In this document: piece after piece, positions 60,936 to 64,000 of the stretch
Numbering within the stretch: the first letter of the stretch is position 1
Layout of the letters: each line of letters begins with the position of its first letter
Source of the DNA: Methanobacteriota archaeon
GTDB taxonomy: Archaea > Halobacteriota > Bog-38 > Methanoflorentales > Methanoflorentaceae
Length of the DNA: 64,000 nt
Direction of reading: 5' to 3'
Assembly: GCA_963720465.1 (NCBI GenBank)
Contig: OY970393.1
Coordinates: 1,600,001 to 1,664,000 of the forward strand
Notes under the pieces: model-generated
What the model was told of the DNA's origin: nothing
Database searches by the model: none
Seen by the model: only the letters and a program-made list of their open reading frames with translations
Program-made: the position numbers and the translations under genes

Positions 60936-61472
60936 ATGGATGCAAAGAAAAAACTGTGCACGTATTGTAAGTTGATTCTCCCGGGCGAGTTTCAATATTG
61001 CCCCATGTGCGGAGAACCCGTCACGGATGGTGCCCCTCCTGCCTACGCGCCACCTTACGAACCGCCGCAGGAGGATGACAATCCGCTATTGCTAGAACGA
61101 CTAACTGGCGCGCTTTCGGGCAGGACACTCCTCATTATAGGTGCAGTCGTCGTCGTGCTTCTGCTTATAGCAGGCGCAGTCGTCCTTAGTCAAAGACCCC
61201 AATCCAACCCGATACCTGTCTCTTCAGCGACTCCGACGCCATCCCCGAGTCCCACACCGACGCTGTCCCCCACACCAACGCCGACCTTCGTCCCCACACC
61301 GACTCCGAGCCCCTCGCCGACCTTCGTCCCCACACCGACTCCGAGCCCCTCGCCGACCCCCACACCAACGCCGACCTTCGTCCCCACACCGACTCCGAGC
61401 CCCTCGCCGACCTTCGTCCCCACACCGACTCCGAGCCCCTCGCCGACCACCGTTATCCGCATAATCAGGTAA
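60936..61472 (+). CDS. Zinc-ribbon membrane protein with Pro/Thr/Ser stalk
   Basis: CTYC...CPMCG, one TM, PTPSPS repeats. Confidence 0.8.
   Translation: MDAKKKLCTYCKLILPGEFQYCPMCGEPVTDGAPPAYAPPYEPPQEDDNPLLLERLTGALSGRTLLIIGAVVVVLLLIAGAVVLSQRPQSNPIPVSSATPTPSPSPTPTLSPTPTPTFVPTPTPSPSPTFVPTPTPSPSPTPTPTPTFVPTPTPSPSPTFVPTPTPSPSPTTVIRIIR
61270..61448 (+). repeat. 36-bp tandem repeat ([12 protein letters not shown]) x4 with an 18-bp spacer
   Basis: ccgaccttcgtccccacaccgactccgagcccctcg repeated exactly. Confidence 0.9.
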
Positions 61473-61577
61473 GCGAGTCGCGGCTTCGCTGGTACTAGAA
61501 TGGCTCGGTTTGACGCGCTTCGCACTGCAGGCGCCGCTGAGCACCCTGCTTCTGACAGACGATGTGGGCGCTGGCGC

Positions 61578-61946
61578 TTATGAAAAAGGTTTTGCAGGCG
61601 CAGTGATGGCCAGCACGTGATCAATCATCTTGAGCAAGTTTTCGACGCGCTGGCGCCGTTCGAGCGCCCCCTCTCGGAGAGTCTGCCTTCCGTGCTCGGT
61701 GATTTCGTAAACGATCTTTTCGCGCCCCCCAGTCGGCTCCTCAGCGCGGACGTCGCCCGCCTCTTTCAGTTCGTGAAGACGCGGGTAGACATTGCCGGCA
61801 GTCGCCCGGAAGTGCCCACGACTGCGTTCCTTTATGAGTTGCGCCAGTTCGTAGCCGCTCATGGGGCCTTCGGTGAGCAGAAAGTAGAGCACGAAGAGCG
61901 AGTACACTTTAAGGGCGTGCCGCTCAAGCGGTTCTCGTTCGATCAT
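61578..61946 (-). CDS. PadR family transcriptional regulator
   Basis: P.SGYEL, G.VYP.L..L...G, K.VY.IT..G. Confidence 0.9.
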   Translation of the reverse strand: MIEREPLERHALKVYSLFVLYFLLTEGPMSGYELAQLIKERSRGHFRATAGNVYPRLHELKEAGDVRAEEPTGGREKIVYEITEHGRQTLREGALERRQRVENLLKMIDHVLAITAPAKPFS

Positions 61947-61983
61947 TATTCAAGCATGCGTCATTTTTTATATATAACATTTG

Positions 61984-61995
61984 CTGATATATCAG
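61984..61995. promoter_or_regulatory. Palindromic operator candidate for PadR
   Basis: Perfect CTGATATATCAG, with an adjacent half-site CTGATATA. Confidence 0.55.
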
Positions 61996-62090
61996 ACTGA
62001 TATACAAAGCTATCGCTCAATATGCTGCATAACGGTTATTAGAGCGGTCTAGACGAATATTAAGAGGCAAAGCATAAGCCAGAAATTTGC

Positions 62091-62447
62091 TCTAGTGGCA
62101 TCGGCTTTATGATGGTGTTGGTAATAAACATCATTATTCAATCTGTGTGCAAGGGGGGAACCGGTATCGCGACGGCGATGAACACACTGTTCAGAACTGC
62201 TAGTGGTGTATTGGGACCGACCATAGCAGGCGCCCCCCTCGCAGAGTGCGACTCGCCGCTCGTGATTCAGACGCCACGAGGTCCAATCCCCTGCCCACTC
62301 TTACCGAATGCAACGGCGTTTGACGACGTCTTCTTCACTGCGCCTTGCATCTCATTCGTGGGGGTGGTTGTGACGCTATTCGTTACGAGCCGAGTGGCAG
62401 AGATAGAGGCGTATGAGCCTGTCAAAGAGGCAGCTGCAGCCGTATGA
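62091..62447 (+). pseudogene. C-terminal fragment of an MFS (DHA2-like) transporter
   Basis: GIGF...NIII.SV, G.ATAMNT.FR...G..GP.IAG, final TM; N-terminal part absent. Confidence 0.7.
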
Positions 62448-62461
62448 TCGTTGGTGATACG

Positions 62462-62905
62462 ATGGAATACAAAAACATCCTGATCGGAACCGATGGTGGG
62501 GACCTGATGACCCCCGTGTATGACAACGCGGCCTATCTCGCGCGACTGACCGATGCGACCGTCCACATCGCGTACGTGCTCGACGTCGCTGGGTTTACCG
62601 CCTACCCCGTCGACTCATCGTGGGAAAACATGTACGACGTGCTCCTCGTTGAGGGAAAAAACATTGTCGCGAACGCCAAAAAAGACCTGGCGTCGCGCGG
62701 CGTAAATGAAGACCGGATCCTTACCACAGTGCTCGACGGACACCCCGCAGAAGAACTGGACACGTACGCCGGGAGCCATGATATTGACCTCATTGTCATC
62801 GGATCACACGGGCGAAAAGGTTTAGACCGTCTACTGATCGGCAGTGTGGCTGACAAGGTCGTGCGGGGCGCTAAGGTTCCGGTGCTGATAATCAGGAGTC
62901 GGTAG
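62462..62905 (+). CDS. Universal stress protein (close paralog of 58993)
   Basis: YKNILIGTDG, GHPAEE, GSHGRKGLDRLLIGSVADKVVR. Confidence 0.93.
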   Translation: MEYKNILIGTDGGDLMTPVYDNAAYLARLTDATVHIAYVLDVAGFTAYPVDSSWENMYDVLLVEGKNIVANAKKDLASRGVNEDRILTTVLDGHPAEELDTYAGSHDIDLIVIGSHGRKGLDRLLIGSVADKVVRGAKVPVLIIRSR

Positions 62906-63161
62906 AGCCCCGTCCAACGTTCGCGCAAACGAGCGCCGCCCTCTGCTAGCCATCGTATTAAACGCTGGGCGCGGAGGGGACCCGTCGGTCCCTGTTCGTC
63001 GGTTTGGCGTTTCGGTTTTGGCTTGCGCGACAGGGCTTTTTAGCCTGAGCCTGTAGACACCAAATGGGCAACTGAGTCAGAGCTCCGATTTGGCCTTTTA
63101 GCCAAGCCTGTCGCACCGCGCGCCGCTATTATTAAGCACTTCAGGCCATATTGATTATGCG

Positions 63162-64000
63162 ATGTATTTTAAGCAGCTTGTCTCCCTGTTCGATGAGCTA
63201 AGCGCCTATTCGTCGAGGCTTAAGAAGGCTGAAATCATAGCTGGTTTTTTGACTGGCGCTTCTGAAGACGATATCGAAATTGTCTGCACATTTCTGACCG
63301 GTCGCATATTTCCGGCGTGGGACACGCGCGACATCGGCGTGGCTGGTAAGACGCTGGTCAAAGTAATTGCGAACATCAGTGGCAAGAGCAGCGAGGAGGT
63401 CGTTGAGAGCTATCGCGACACGGGGCATCTCGGCAAAACTGCAGAACAGCTTCTCGGGAAGAAAGTCGCGATGAGCCTTGCAGCGTTTGAGGAGCCCCTC
63501 ACTGTGGCCGATCTGTACCGTTATTTCGAACAGCTGGCCGCGACGACGGGAAAGGGGTCGGCCCAGAAGAAGCAGCGAATGCTCTCGAGTCTGTTAAGCA
63601 GGGCCGCGCCGAGAGAGGCGTATTATGTCGTCAGTCTTGCCACTCGCAACCTCCTCACTGGCTCAAAGGAAGGCGTAACTGAAGATGCTATCGCCCAGAG
63701 CTTCGGCGTGCCGGCCGATGTGGTGCGGCGCGCGTGGATGCTCGCCAATGACATCGGTCTTGTCGCGCGAATCGCCAAAACAGAGGGACTATCAGGGTTA
63801 CAGGCGCTCAATATCGAACCCATGCGACCTGTCAGGCCCATGCTTGCGCAGAACGTCGCCGGCGCCACCGAAGCGTTGGACGCGATGGGCGGCCGGGCAG
63901 CATTTGAAACGAAGTATGACGGGGCGCGAATTCAAGTCCACAAGACCGGGCCGAAGATTAAGCTCTTCTCTCGCAAGATGGAGGACCTTACCGAGGCGCT
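63162..64000 (+). CDS. lig: ATP-dependent DNA ligase (truncated by window end; not in ORF track)
   Basis: MYFKQLVSLFDELSAYSSRL..., PVRPMLAQ, motif I E.KYDGARIQVHK, LFSR. Confidence 0.93.
   Translation, partial: MYFKQLVSLFDELSAYSSRLKKAEIIAGFLTGASEDDIEIVCTFLTGRIFPAWDTRDIGVAGKTLVKVIANISGKSSEEVVESYRDTGHLGKTAEQLLGKKVAMSLAAFEEPLTVADLYRYFEQLAATTGKGSAQKKQRMLSSLLSRAAPREAYYVVSLATRNLLTGSKEGVTEDAIAQSFGVPADVVRRAWMLANDIGLVARIAKTEGLSGLQALNIEPMRPVRPMLAQNVAGATEALDAMGGRAAFETKYDGARIQVHKTGPKIKLFSRKMEDLTEA

Noticed and set aside
61186-61624. Minus-strand repeat ORFs ([10 protein letters not shown] etc.) or CRISPR-like 36-bp units
   Set aside because: Antisense of the Pro/Thr stalk; units are contiguous without spacers.
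62960-63120. Hairpins and short repeats upstream of lig
   Set aside because: Short GC-rich matches that could arise by chance; no recognisable RNA family.
1-64000. tRNA, rRNA, riboswitches, reverse transcriptase, intact transposases, defence systems
   Set aside because: None recognised by eye; tRNAscan-SE, Infernal and DefenseFinder runs would be needed to exclude them formally.

Overview
Archaeal chromosomal window, most likely from a methanogen-related Halobacteriota/Methanomicrobia lineage. This is inferred from a PGF-CTERM sorting signal, archaeal-type PyrH, CoaD and ATP-dependent DNA ligase, a HisF with a Methanomicrobia-type loop insertion, a MEDS-domain kinase and TATA-box promoters. 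Housekeeping genes (pyrH, coaD, hisF, hxlB, alkA, lig) are mixed with stress and transport genes (four USP genes, ferritin-like protein, ArsC, three HdeD/DUF308 paralogs, NhaD/ArsB, AI-2E and APC permeases) and amino-acid/keto-acid catabolic genes. I found no tRNA, rRNA, CRISPR array, reverse transcriptase or intact mobile element. Reading beyond the ORF track revealed: (1) an unannotated kdpF in a rearranged Kdp locus, where kdpC is separate, a tandem-USP gene lies between kdpC and kdpFAB, and a tyrosine recombinase relic is adjacent; (2) three dispersed paralogs of a small protein family I do not recognise (DGxLxG...D..F motif); (3) an unannotated 42-aa four-Cys micro-protein near a 21% Met membrane protein; (4) two inverted histidine kinases with very similar kinase cores but different sensors; (5) a candidate structured ncRNA; (6) many frameshifted genes. 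No single complete novel system can be proven from sequence alone; these are the best candidates.
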